From: Chara braunii
Taxonomy: Eukaryota; Plantae; Charophyceae
Direction of reading: 5' to 3'
NCBI GenBank assembly: GCA_003427395.1
Contig: BFEA01000011.1
Location: 5,436,951-5,500,950 of the forward strand
DNA length: 64,000 nt
The translations under genes and the position numbers were made by a program. The notes below the pieces were generated by a model, which had not been told where the DNA came from, did not search any database, and saw only the letters and a program-made list of their open reading frames with translations. Shown here in pieces: positions 52,218 through 64,000 of the stretch. Position 1 is the first letter of the stretch. The number at the start of each line of letters is the position of its first letter.

Positions 52218-53789
52218 AAAGATGACAAACGCAGAAGCACATTAATAGATAATAATATGCGAGTAATAAGTTTCTTGAGATAACTCTCGAAAACACTTTG
52301 GTCACGATAGGTACAAAGAGTTGAAGAGGCGGTCGGATGGGAAACGACAACCTTTCGTTACTTGAGTGGTTATTTTATTTAGAAGAAAGATATATTTACA
52401 ATATATGACCCAACTTGTAGCAATTGACGCGCCCCACTAATAGTTTAGAGCACTCGTTTTCCTTTCTACAAGCGTTAAGTGCACACTTTTCCTTGTAGAC
52501 CGTAGGCAAACAGACATAGATGGCAAACCACTACCAGATAAAAAACTTCATGCGTAAAACTTGTTCCCTTGGATTAACTTTCGCTATGCTTAATAAGTAG
52601 GCCTCATCTCTTCATAATATTACGCACAAGGCTTCATGATTATACCTTATCTCACCTGAGTGTCACATTGTGCACTTTGTGAGTAAGTTTAGTTCCTTAA
52701 GGCTACCAACGTAAGTTTTTGTGAAAAACCACTTATTAAACTTTATCAGCAAGCTTTATCTCTGAGTGTTTGTCACTCATATGACTTTGGATAGCGAACG
52801 TAATATCATAGTATAAGTATCTCTTGTTTTCTGAGACTATCACATACAATGTTTTTTTATCAAAACAATGTTTTTTTCACTATTACATAGAAAACTTGAT
52901 GAGCAAGTCTTTCCCCCTTAAGCTATCACTAATCATGCTATATGAGTACAATTGATCTCTTGACATTAAGACATATGAGTATTTATATGTAAATTTTATC
53001 CCTTATCATTGTGTAAATTTTATCCTTTATCATTATTGAAATAACCGTTGAAGAGGTGTCATCAATTTTAATCTCGTTAAACAATTATTCGTATGACTTT
53101 GGGATCAGACTTATCCTTTCAGACTAACATATATCAAGTTTTTTAAGTTTTATCTTTTTTGGTTATTACGCATTTCATATGATTTCACATGTATGGCCTT
53201 GTGAGTAAGATTGATCTCCTTAGTAGGGTCTTTGCCCTGAATGTTTGGAGAGTTCAAACACCCCCCAAGTTGTTCGGGGGTTCGGGGTCCGACCAAATAG
53301 TAGTTCACGGTCCGCCAAACCTCATTTCGAGCCCGTAGAATTGTTTTTATTTACTTATCATTGATAAAGCATTACCTACACCACCTATCTTTCAATTGTG
53401 GTTGGATTTTGTGAAGTCAAAAAAGAAAAAAGAAAAAACTTCATCAAAGGTGGGTGGGTTAAAGAACTTTGTACCCCCCCATCCTCCTTTCACATTGATT
53501 CATTAATTAGTTCAGGTGGGATCGCCGGGGGTGGTGGGGATGGGGTTGCGGTGGGTTCCCCCCCCTTAGACCCCACCCCAACCAATCAAGAATCGATCGA
53601 TCAATGAATTAATTAATCATTCAATCAATCAAGGTTTGTTTTGTTTTAACTTTTTGATATATAATGTTATCGATTGATTGATTGATTGATTAATTGGTTG
53701 GAGTAGAGTCACCACCTCCTCGCAAGCCCCTTCCAACTAAGCAATCAATTGATCTCATGTTGTTGCTTATTTCGAATTTTTTGTTATAA

Positions 53790-54376
53790 TTGGTTGGGGT
53801 AACCACCCACGACAAGTGTGTATGTGTGTGCGTGCAAGGGGGGCGACCCCCNNNNNNNNNNNNNNNNNNNNNNNNNNNNNNNNNNNNNNNNNNNNNNNNN
53901 NNNNNNNNNNNNNNNNNNNNNNNNNNNNNNNNNNNNNNNNNNNNNNNNNNNNNNNNNNNNNNNNNNCCCCCCCTCCTCGAAAATCAATTGCTCAATCTTA
54001 AGATACGGTTTCAAAACAACGAAACAAAATATTTTTGCAGTGCATGCGCGCGCGTGTGTGTGTCTGCGTATATATAATTGCGTACGTATACATGTGTGCC
54101 CAGGAAGAGGGAAACCCCCCACAACCAATCAATCAGTCAATCAATCAGTCAATAATATAATAAATTATATTGATTGATTGATTGGTTGCGGGGGGTTCCC
54201 GCTTTCTTGGCACACACACGTACACGTACACACTCACATCATAAATAGATTGGAGGTTTTTTAACCAATTGGAAGCACATTTTTTATGTACAAGCGCATT
54301 TTCAACACTTTGAAAACTTATCACTCAAAGTTTTAGATACAACACATTATATTCGAAGGACACACACACACACACA

Positions 54377-54430
<54 letters not shown>

Positions 54431-54590
54431 CGTGTGCATGCGCTGCAAAAATGTTTTGTTTTCTTGTTTTGAAACCGTTTCTTAAGTTAGAGCGATTGAT
54501 TCTCAGGGAGGGGGGTGGGGAAGGGGTCGCCCCCCTTGCACGCACACACATACACACATATGTCATGGGGGGTTAGCCCAGTCGATTGAC
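53790..54590. repeat. Foldback/inverted repeat with (CA)n and (AATC)n tracts, spanning a gap
   Basis: 53790-54070 is inverted at ~54420-54590 (GTGCAAGGGGGCGACCCC / GGGGTCGCCCCCTTGCAC). Confidence 0.65.
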
Positions 54591-55029
54591 AGGCAACTCG
54601 CCCCCCTTTTAAAAATTATTTTTTTTGTTTTAATATGTATTTAAATAAAAAATGATTTTCACACCATCAACAAAATTAAATAAAATGAGGTATAAAGAAA
54701 AAAAGAAAAAAAAAATTATAACTAGCATTCGGTCGAATGCTCATCCGTTCGTGTTTGGCTATTTGGGTGAACCGAAAGTCCGACTACCTTACTCCTTATA
54801 GTAATAATTTATTAGAAACAAGCATAATTATTTTACATCACTAGACATAAGGTTTTATAAGCAAACCTTATCGCGTTGAAATATCACATTGTCGATTATT
54901 TCTGTAATTATTAGTTTTTTTATACTATTAAACATAAAATTTTGTAACCAAGTTTTATCTCATAGTAGGATGGTATAATATGTTTTCTGAACTAGCATGA
55001 TTCCGTCACACTATTGAATTTACATTTTC

Positions 55030-56075
55030 AAGTATGAGTCATGTAACTTCAGGAGCAAGTCCGATGTTTCCTCACGATGATATATTAAGCTTTATGAACA
55101 AGTTTATCCCTCTTTAGACTGATACATTGCACTTCATCAACAAATTTCATATCTTCTGACTAATAAATGTAACGTATTGTGAGACTTGTCTCTTAACAAT
55201 ATTATACATAACGTTTTCTTTGCATGTTTGATCGATACATAGTATTTATCATAAGGTAATATGAACGAGGCTTGTTTTATTCGATGCATACTCTTTACAC
55301 TTCTTCACTATAATTAATTTCTCTGCAATGCCACATTATGGTTTTATGAGTAAGCCTTATCCTTGAAAACTACCGCACAGTTGTTTTGCGTAAATATGAT
55401 CTTGTCAAACTCTCGAAGAAGAACAAAATTATGAAATAAAATTATTTGCTTCAAAAACTTTTATCAGCAAACCTTGTTCATTCAAATCATCACTCACACG
55501 ACTTCGCCGGTATGTCAACCCTTTCATAATATACAGTTTCAAAATTACAAAATGCACTTTGCAAGTAAACTTAACCTTTTACTGAAATTTTTGGTAAGCA
55601 ACACCTTTCCTCTTAAAAAAAATTATATACGAGTTTGCCAATAAATATATCTCAGGAACAAACCCAATGTTTGTTCACTATGGTATATTAAGCTTTATGA
55701 AGAAGTTTATCTATTTTCGGTATGATACATTGCACGTAATGAGCAAGCCTAATATCCTCTGAATAATAAATGTCAGGCATTGTAAGGTTTATCCCTTAAC
55801 AATACCATACACAACATTTTTTCGGCGTGTTTGATCGATACATATTATGTGTCATAAGGTTATTGTGAGAAAGCCTTGTTATTTTCGATGCATACTCATT
55901 ACACTTCTCAAGTATAACTTATTTTTTTGCACTACCACTTTATGGGCTTATGCGTGAAGCGTATCCCTTAAAAGTACCGCACAATTATTGTGCGCAAATA
56001 TAAATTATAATTAAAAAAAAACAATTATTCACTTATATTTTTTTTGTCAACAAACCTTATTAATTTAAATCATCA
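55030..56075. repeat. Diverged ~600-bp AT-rich tandem duplication
   Basis: TATATTAAGCTTTATGAA, TGTTTGATCGATACATA and TTCGATGCATACTC recur at ~604-bp offset. Confidence 0.75.
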
Positions 56076-56080
56076 AACAT

Positions 56081-57284
56081 CTAGCTTTCCCGGGGCGCCC
56101 AACCGGGCGCCCCAGGCGCCACGCCCCGGTAGGGACCTCGGGCATGAAAAAAAATCACTGAATTTTTTTTAATTTTTTTTTTGGCCTTTAGGGCCTTGCT
56201 GCGCTTTCCAAATACCTGTCTCTTATACACATCTAGATGTGTATAAGAGACAGATCCCGGCTTGTACTACAGAGTTATTGCCACANNNNNNNNNNNNNNN
56301 NNNNNNNNNNNNNNNNNNNNNNNNNNNNNNNNNNNNNNNNNNNNNNNNNNNNNNNNNNNNNNNNNNNNNNNNNNNNNNNNNNNNNNNNNNNNNNNNNNNN
56401 NNNNNNNNNNNNNNNNNNNNNNNNNNNNNNNNNNNNNNNNNNNNNNNNNNNNNNNNNNNNNNNNNNNNNNNNNNNNNNNNNNNNNNNNNNNNNNNNNNNN
56501 NNNNNNNNNNNNNNNNNNNNNNNNNNNNNNNNNNNNNNNNNNNNNNNNNNNNNNNNNNNNNNNNNNNNNNNNNNNNNNNNNNNNNNNNNNNNNNNNNNNN
56601 NNNNNNNNNNNNNNNNNNNNNNNNNNNNNNNNNNNNNNNNNNNNNNNNNNNNNNNNNNNNNNNNNNNNNNNNNNNNNNNNNNNNNNNNNNNNNNNNNNNN
56701 NNNNNNNNNNNNNNNNNNNNNNNNNNNNNNNNNNNNNNNNNNNNNNNNNNNNNNNNNNNNNNNNNNNNNNNNNNNGGAGGGAGACTATGGCAGAGGAAAG
56801 GAGCCTGATGCGGAGGACGAGAGAGGCAGCTATGGCGGAAGAAGGAGAGAGGGAGACTATGTGGAGGGAGGTTTACTGATGGAGGAGGATGGGGGCGAAA
56901 GGGAGACTGATGTGGAGGGAGGAGATGGTGGAGGAAGGAGAGGGCGACTATGTGGAGGGAGGAAAGATTGATGGAGGAGCAACAAGAAGAAGAGCAAGAC
57001 AAAGTAGAAGAAGAAACGAAAAGAAGAAAAAGAACTGAAGAGACTAAGAATAAGAGAATCGACGCAGATCGACGGGCAAGGCACAAAAAAAAAAAGCCAT
57101 GAAAGAGGGTCTAACAGGCCCTGAAAAATTTTGCGGCCGCCGCCTATTTGTTTTTCCCCCTTTGGGCCGTAGGCCTGCGGTGCCAATTTTTTTTTTTTGA
57201 GGTTTTTGGAGGGTGGCGCGGAGGGTGCCTGTCCGGGGGGGTCGCTCGGCCGGGCGACCTGGGGGGCCCGGGCTGGAAAGCTAG
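56081..57284. mobile_element. Non-autonomous TIR DNA transposon, hAT-like, spanning a gap
   Basis: TIR CTAGCTTTCC / GGAAAGCTAG; 8-bp flanks TCAAACAT / TCAAACAA; GC-rich subterminal palindromes. Confidence 0.55.
56216..56253. other. Nextera mate-pair junction adapter (artefact)
   Basis: Exact CTGTCTCTTATACACATCT+AGATGTGTATAAGAGACAG, followed by 32 bp matching ~46324 and then a gap. Confidence 0.98.
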
Positions 57285-57334
57285 TCAAACAAGCGATTTC
57301 GCACACACGTCAACCCTCTTAAATTATAACGCGT

Positions 57335-57613
57335 TGTCGAGCGCATCGGTCGCACACGGGGACCCTCCCGGCCGCGTCACGCAGGATTATGCAGGACTTG
57401 TCATGGAGAGCGGTTGCCGCTCCGACCGAGTGCGCCAGCCGTACCTCTCGCGAGCCCCTACGACAGGACAGGGTCACGCGAGGCACCGCTTACCTCCACT
57501 TGCGGGAGTTGTCACCACCCCTTAAATGGGCGTATTCCTGCCGAACAACTGAAGCACATGCGAAAGCTTTTCGTATGCAATTGCAGAGGTGGCCCAGCCG
57601 AGGGCGTTTCTCG
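57335..57613. repeat. ~280-bp GC-rich dispersed repeat, inverted copy of 1166-1458
   Basis: See 1166-1458. Confidence 0.85.
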
Positions 57614-57855
57614 TTCGCTGTAGCATAGAGGGTTCCGCGCAGTCGAACGCCCAAAAATCGAACCCGTACGCGAATCGCCGTACTGGGGGGCTGAAGTCCC
57701 AAACGCAACTCGATGCCGGTCGACTAGGATGCAATACACACCCACGCGTTACACTACAACCTTCACATCTACTCACACATAACACCTGAACCACAAGCAA
57801 AACTAAGACCACAAACAACACCACAGTACAACAACTCCTAGTCCCTTCAGTATCC

Positions 57856-58865
57856 GACCCATAACTTTACGCGAAGAAATTCAGATAGGTATCGCGCGCT
57901 GGATTTCCGTATAAGTGTCGAGCGAGCGTATGGCCTCCTCATATCGACCAGCCATGCGGGCATACGCACGCATTCGTGCTGATGGGGTACTATATGGCAC
58001 CCGTAGCCTCGCGGCCCTTGATAATTTCAAGGGTAGCGTTCGACACTTAAGTGTTGGCTGACGGGCACCTTGAGGGGTAATCTCTCAACGCCGGACAACA
58101 GCCATGGGCGGTTGAAGACCACACCCTCTTCTGCACCCTGTGCAGAGGGGTTGAGTAGACAACTATAAGCTGTCGTGGCGGTCAGCCATCAAGGGGTTTG
58201 ACTTTGACGGCTGCCACAGACTATAACGTCCAACCGTGAAAGCTCAAAAAAAAAAAACTCACTCCAACTCTCATCAGTTTAGTGGCCTCCTAAAATGAAA
58301 GGGGTAGACAGGCCCAAACGACGCGCGTGCGGAGGAGGCCCAAAGTCCTACCCGTAGGCTATCCGACGTTCGGGATAGTGAGGCCCGTACACGGAATCCC
58401 ATAGGTTGGCTGGGACTAGTCCTTCGCCCATGTGTCGCTTCGAGATACCAAAACCCGAGTCTATTGGCCATATCGCGCTTTTGGTATCGTCGCCTGACCC
58501 ATAACCTTTAGTGCGAGAATCAGCGAGTGCTGAGCGCATGGACTTAGTATAAGATCGCGCGCACGCAGTGCCCACACATACCAATTCACTATGCAGCTCT
58601 ACGTGAGTGCTTGCTATGACGGCGCATTATGTGGTGCCCATACCCAAATGGCCTCTTCTGAGTCATGGGGTGATTTTCGACGCTTAGGCGTTGGCTGAAG
58701 CGCGCGCTAGGGGAGGTAACCCTTTAGCGGGCACAAAACCGGCCTGAGGGTCTTTCCGTCTTCTGGACCCTGAGGTGTCCTAGAGGGTGCAGGGTAAGAC
58801 GGACCCTAGGGCAGGAAGGGATTTGGAGCGGTGGTGAGTTGTCTGGCGCATCACCAGCGACACGC
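57856..58865 (+). other. Two diverged ~640-bp-period modules with a USE/TATA-like head and a hairpin-rich body
   Basis: GACCCATAAC at 57856 and 58496; TATAAG at 57910 and 58548; matching hairpins at 58041 and 58678. Confidence 0.5.
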
Positions 58866-59816
58866 TGTCGGCGCGAATACCCTTACAAGGGTATTCGCCC
58901 TGGTTTTTGCAAGTGACAGCGGGGCCAGGGGTCCAAGTCTGTGTGTTCAAACGGCTGCCTATGTATGGCCCAAGGTTGTCTAAGTAGGTAGGATGAGTGG
59001 GCGCGCAATTTCAAGGCGCGCATGTGATTTTGCCCCTTTAATTGTAGTGTTGACGCAGGCGTCCGACTTGACGTCACACTCTTGGCTAGGCCGGGCATTA
59101 ATGGACTGACCCTTGGTCACTACGTTCGGCCGGCGGCGGGACCGGTAGGTAGGATGGCACGTAGGGCGGCCGTGGCGCAGCCGGGGAGGCCAGTGTGATT
59201 GTTAGGTAGCCCCGCGCCTGGCCATAGGTGGGGGCAGGGCCTACGATGTCCCCCTCGCCCCTAAGTATCGGACTGCACTACTTCAGTACCACTTTATATG
59301 GGATTCACCGCCTACTAATCCCAGGCTGGGGCTTAGCCCTATAGGTCACGATGGTGGGTTGCTGTGACGAAGGTTTTGGGATCGAGGCCAGCGAGCGGCG
59401 GTGCGGGAGCGGCGAAGCAGCGAACAGAGTGGAGAAAGCCGAGGGGTCGAGGGCCATTGGGGCTATCCCCCTCAGGCTTTTGCCAACAGACGCGGTGGCA
59501 GGCGGACCTGTGGGACTGACCAGGCGCCGACGGCCTGTTTCCCCCTGAGGGCCCGACGGGTAGACTTCTCTGTCCTGTATACGCATTTCTTTTTTTTATT
59601 TATTTTTATTGTTCCTTGTTTAGGATGCTGCCCCTCACGGGGCCTGGTATGCGGGCCGCGGCCAGGTGCGCAACGCTTTCCACCCGTGGCAGGGCCGCGG
59701 GGCACTGCGCCGGGGGGGGGAGGGGGGTCCTTCGGGACATCCGTTAAAAAATGGAACGATACAGGGAAGATTAGCATAGCCCCTGCGCAAAGATGACACG
59801 CATAAAGGCGAAGACA
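58866..59816 (+). mobile_element. LTR-like unit 1 ending in a U6 copy
   Basis: Starts TGTCGG plus hairpin GCGAATACCCTT-AC-AAGGGTATTCGC; has colinear motifs with 62143-63335; ends ...GACA. Confidence 0.6.
59727..59812 (+). ncRNA. U6: U6 snRNA-derived copy, 3'-truncated
   Basis: GTCCTTCGGGACATCCGTTAAAAAATGGAACGATACAGGGAAGATTAGCATAGCCCCTGCGCAAAGATGACACGCATAAA. ACAGAGA box changed to ACAGGGA; no 3' oligo-T. Confidence 0.92.
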
Positions 59817-59861
59817 GCGATGGGAGTGGAGGTAGTTCTACCTACTACTTAGGGAGAGGTC

Positions 59862-60361
59862 ATGGGGTCACAGGAGGGTCAGGATAGCGTAGGCCAGACC
59901 ACGATGAAAGTTGAGTTAAGGAAGGATTTGAAGGACTGTCAGGGATCAACTATGCCTCAGGAGGTGCCGATTACTGCAGATCTGCGGGACGCATTGGGAT
60001 CTTGGGCCACTGGTCAGGGTCAGACGAACGTGTCGGCAAGAAGGTGTTGCGAGCAGGTGACAGAGCAGCCTGCCCCACTTCCCCAGAGGTTCCACAGCAA
60101 GAGGTTACGAGCAAGATCTCAACATTCTCATCATCAGTATCTTCTTCGCAAGAAGAAGGCAAAATGTCTCAGAAGAAGCTTGGCAAGTGCTTCTACTGGA
60201 GAAAGGGCAAGCATCGCTCTGATGATTGCCCCAAGAGCCTCAAGGACGAGGCCAATGGTCTGGTTACCAGTGAGTCATCTGGCGTATGGAGAGATAGGAA
60301 TGGAAACCTAGTTCCTAAGACTCGTGATGGAGTGAAGGCGCAGTTGTATAGGCAGCTGTAG
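59862..60361 (+). pseudogene. gag zinc-knuckle remnant
   Basis: KCFYWRKGKHRSDDCPK is a decayed CX2CX4HX4C. Confidence 0.6.
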
Positions 60362-62142
60362 GAGGTCATGAGTGATCAGGAGTAGGATTCTCCAATAAGG
60401 TCCGGAAAGGTCTAAGTCTAACATGTGCCAGACATCTCGGACTGATAATTACTTGTATATAGAGGGATACATAGAGGATTGGATCAGACCCATGTACATC
60501 AATAGGCTGAGCCAGTAGTGAGATGTTCCATCGCATTATAGACTTGCGAACCTTTTTCTGTACATAAGATGACACTGTTTTTGATTATTTTTCTTTTCTG
60601 CGCTAATGTGTTGTAGAGTGTTAATACCCTTGTAGAATAACGCTCGTGAGTAAGAAGCGACTGTCGAGTTCTGATACTTAGACACTTGGATACCTTGATT
60701 TTTTTGTTGGTTACCTGAACTCTCTGTATAATACCTTGCGTTCTATAATAAGGGCAGGGACCTTTTTGCTCATTGCGGGGCCCCATGTCCTAGGTGTATA
60801 TGTGAGTCTCGAACCTCGTCTTTGTGTTGTGTGTGTTGTGTCACACTCATTCTCAGTTGTGGATTTGCCCATATAGATGATGGTGTGATGAGATGGATAT
60901 TACGAAGTGAGCTGATCTGCGCTTCCTTCCACTGTACTTACGCCTCCCTGTCCCAATGACAAGTAGAGCCGGAAGTATAAAGGAAGAGAATGCTCTCAGT
61001 TATTAAAAGAATGATGACACGATATATTTGGTTCAGATGGAATAATAATGAATGGAGAGAACACAGCTAAAGTTGTGCATGGATTGGAAAAGAGATAATA
61101 AAGTCCACTGGCCGATTGGACCTTCTTAAAAGGATGAAATTTGTGAGGGCACTCAAAAAAGTCACTATAAGTGATGATAATGTTTGCATGTATGTAAAGT
61201 CTGACAAGGATCCTGTGAAACTACTGAGGATCCTTGTTGGACTATTGAGAAAGGCACTATGCCTCCACGTAGTCTCGTGGGCAGTGGTATGTGATCCTTT
61301 GATAATTGTTGTAAAAAAAAGTGTTAGACCACAACGGGTTAGTCTAAGGGACGTATTGGGAGGCCAAGCTAAAGGGCTATACTTAGCATCGTTGGAACTG
61401 TAGAACCTAACTCCCAGCGAGGGCCGCTGATCGGCGCAACCTGGCAGTGGGACCTTGGCTTACCAAAGGTTGAATCTTGAAGGGTCGGCCACCCGGAGAG
61501 GTTTAGCTGGAGGGAAGGTCATTGGGGTCGATTAAGTCAAGAGTCAGGACCCTTCGGGGTGCCAAGATAGGAAGAGTTGCTTATCGTTGCGTAACCAACG
61601 AGGGCACTATCGCTACACAACAACGCGGTGGGTCGTGGATTCGGCGTGATCGACCGGTCCATGGGGGGCCAAGATGGAGACCTGAAGACGCATGTGTTAG
61701 ACTCCAGGTTAGGCGTTCGTTGTGATTTGAGATGGTAAGCATTACCATGTGAGCGGCTAAAGGCGCCCTATATTTTGAGAGGTCTCGGTTAGGGCCCGCG
61801 TCCTAAGTTATGACCTCGTTCGCGGGACGATGACTAAACAGGACACCCAACGGTGAACCGATAGATGTCTACGATGAAGGGTGAGGACTATCAACCTACT
61901 ACCTGAGAGCGGGTAGTACGTTGTAGTACGGAACAAAGTATCCCCTAGCTCCGAGGCCAGGATGTGGGAGACCCAGGTTGAAACCCTGGCAGTGGAACGT
62001 CGTGACGGGAGCAGGTTGATGAGATAACCTCGAACGGAGTCGTGCCGGGGAGCTGGATTGATCATTTCCTTGTCAGCAAGATGTGGTTGCGTTTATAGCT
62101 TTGATTGTCCGATGCGACGTTGCTTAATAAGGTCCGGAAAAC

Positions 62143-63335
62143 TGTCGGCCCGAATACCCTTACAAGGGTATTTGGGCGCGTTTTTGCAGCTTACAGGAAA
62201 AGCGCGTCTGACGATATCTGATGGTGCGTCCCATTTGTGTTGATTAGAGAGTGTGTGAGCGTGCACTTTGTGGACACTTTGTGGGCACGCGTTAGTCCGA
62301 CCGAGTCTGGGTCGAGGGAGCCCATGAGACGTCGGTAGGACGAGTGAATGTCACGCCAGAATCTCTGAGGTGGTCGCAACCTCGCATGCACAGGCAAGGT
62401 CTCGGACGACGTAGAGTTGGCTTGGTAGGGCTATGACCAAAGGAGACCGCCGCCCGACTTATTGAGAACTGCCAGTTCGGGGTCATACCATGCCAAGTTT
62501 GTAGGCACCAGGCTGACCTTGCACTATCGATGGTAGAAGCCACCAGTAAGGCACAGGAAGGGCGGCACTAAGTAGACCAACAAGCGGGGTTTCCTCGGCG
62601 GAGAGGCGGTAAACGGGCGTCGTGGCAGGCTATGAGAAGCCCGACCCGCAGCCTGCCATGGTTGAGCCGGTGCGTGTGGTAAGCCAGCGGAGCCATGCTC
62701 TCGAAATAGCCAGGTACAGCCTTAGGGAGCCAAGGACGCAGGTCGTACGTGGGAAAAATGGCCTGAGGTACCGTTTGCAGGCCTGGGCTAGCTGGCCATA
62801 CCATTTATGTAGAGGACTGCGCCTGCTAAATCCAAGCTTGGGCTTAGCCCTATAGGTTACGTCACTAAGTTCTCATCAGGCGGATTCGGGGATCGAGGCC
62901 AGAGCGGCGCAGCGGAGGAGCGCAGGAGGGCCAAGGGGTTGAGGGTCCCGCGGGACTATACCCCTTGGTTTTGCTGATGGGAGTCCAACCCCGGGCCCGT
63001 CAGGCTAGAACTAGGTACAATCGGTCCCCATTCCCCTTCCGTTTTTCCTTATTTTATTAATTTTTAACTTTTTGAGTTTTATATTTTTATTTTTTTTAAT
63101 TTTTATTCTTCTATTTTTTCCGTTTTTGTTGCGCTTGGATGAGGCTGGTATCGGGGCCGGGGCTTGTCGCGAAGCCCAACAGCCTAGTCCTGTGGATACA
63201 TCCACGGACTGCTGGGGCATCTGTGCTCTGAGGCCGTGGTCCTTCATGACATCTGTTAAGATTGGAGCAATACAGAGACGACTAGCATGGCCCCTGCGCA
63301 GGGACAACATGCATAAAGTCGGGAGCAGCCCGACA
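62143..63335 (+). mobile_element. LTR-like unit 2 ending in a U6 copy
   Basis: Inverted termini TGTCGG...CCGACA; the same 5' hairpin, GGCTTAGCCCTATAGG, GGGATCGAGGCCAG, T-tract and U6 as unit 1. Confidence 0.7.
63239..63324 (+). ncRNA. U6: U6 snRNA-derived copy, degenerate and 3'-truncated
   Basis: GACATCTGTTAAGATTGGAGCAATACAGAGACGACTAGCATGGCCCCTGCGCAGGGACAACATGCATAAA; ACAGAGA and AGC are retained. Confidence 0.85.
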
Positions 63336-64000
63336 TTTGGGTGATTGTAGTAGTATGTGGTGGGGGTGCCGCTGTTGCGCGCCCGCTCGACCGAACTAGG
63401 TGCTGGACAATGCGCCATAGGGACAGCAGGAAGAAGGAGGAAGGTGAAGGAGAGGGAGATGACGAGAGAGAGAGACAATGGGAAAGGTAGGAGGAAGGAG
63501 ACTTACCTGGGAAGGAGTTACGAGCAGTTTACTGGGCAACGGCACAGCCTCATCGCATATACCAGCCGGGTATTAGGAAAAAAAAAAACTCGACTTCGTT
63601 TAGAGACTGGGGGCTCAGCTGATGGGTGAGTGCGCACGTGACGTATGAGTGGGAAGAGAGAGAGAGAGGGTTAGAGAGGAGGAAGATAGCGCCTGAGGGC
63701 GCAGCACCACGAGGAAAGGAGCAGACGAGACAAGCAAAAAAAAAAAAAAAACCAAGAACGGGATGAACCTGAACGCGGTTTTGCACCAGGTACATTCAGA
63801 GGGGAAGGGAGTGAAAACGAGTGTAAATCGTATTGCTCGGCCGGTTCTTGGCCGTTTTTGGCAAACGAAGATACTAAACGGGGGGTTTTGGACGTTGCGA
63901 GTCTAGTGGTAAGGTTAAAATTGGGTCTCGGTGGTTAGTTTTTGGGTGCTAGTTGTAGGCTGCGCGATGCTCGGATTCAGGGACAAGAGGGTATGAAAAA

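Noticed and set aside
58262-58290. Hammerhead (minus-strand CTGATGAG; also ~62873)
   Set aside because: No stem II closed by GAAA follows.
63129-63150. U4 5' fragment (TTGCGCTTGG) or a Met PBS (TGGTATCGGGGC) upstream of U6
   Set aside because: The U4 match is only 10 nt and absent in unit 1. The PBS-like word is not preceded by CA and lies inside the TG...CA unit.
63501-63510. U1 snRNA 5' end (ACTTACCTGG)
   Set aside because: No U1 stem-loops or Sm site follow; it could equally be a minus-strand splice-donor-like sequence.

Overview
Eukaryotic, repeat-rich nuclear DNA; the gene, its large introns and the TE families are consistent with a charophyte alga such as Chara (inferred). It contains one intact host gene, a 6-exon plant-type 2,3-bisphosphoglycerate-independent phosphoglycerate mutase (19825-40329, +, 559 aa, with a 12.9-kb last intron). 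Around it are decayed mobile elements: a Chlamys-type Penelope-like element (N-terminal GIY-YIG, pseudo-LTRs with hammerhead ribozymes, TSD), a 5'-truncated L1/Tx1 LINE with TSD just upstream of the gene, Ty3/gypsy remnants, a tRNA-SINE, MITEs and a hAT-like element. There are also assembly gaps and a Nextera junction-adapter artefact. The most unusual signal is small-RNA capture by repeats. A family of LTR-like units carries a near-full U6 snRNA copy at its 3' end (58866-59816, 62143-63335), while a homologous unit (12667-13320, -) carries a tRNA-Asn-like cassette instead. There is also a tandem array of U2 snRNA core fragments (99-1107) and a cluster of U6 core fragments inside the last iPGAM intron (34239-34695). 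All alignments were made by eye.
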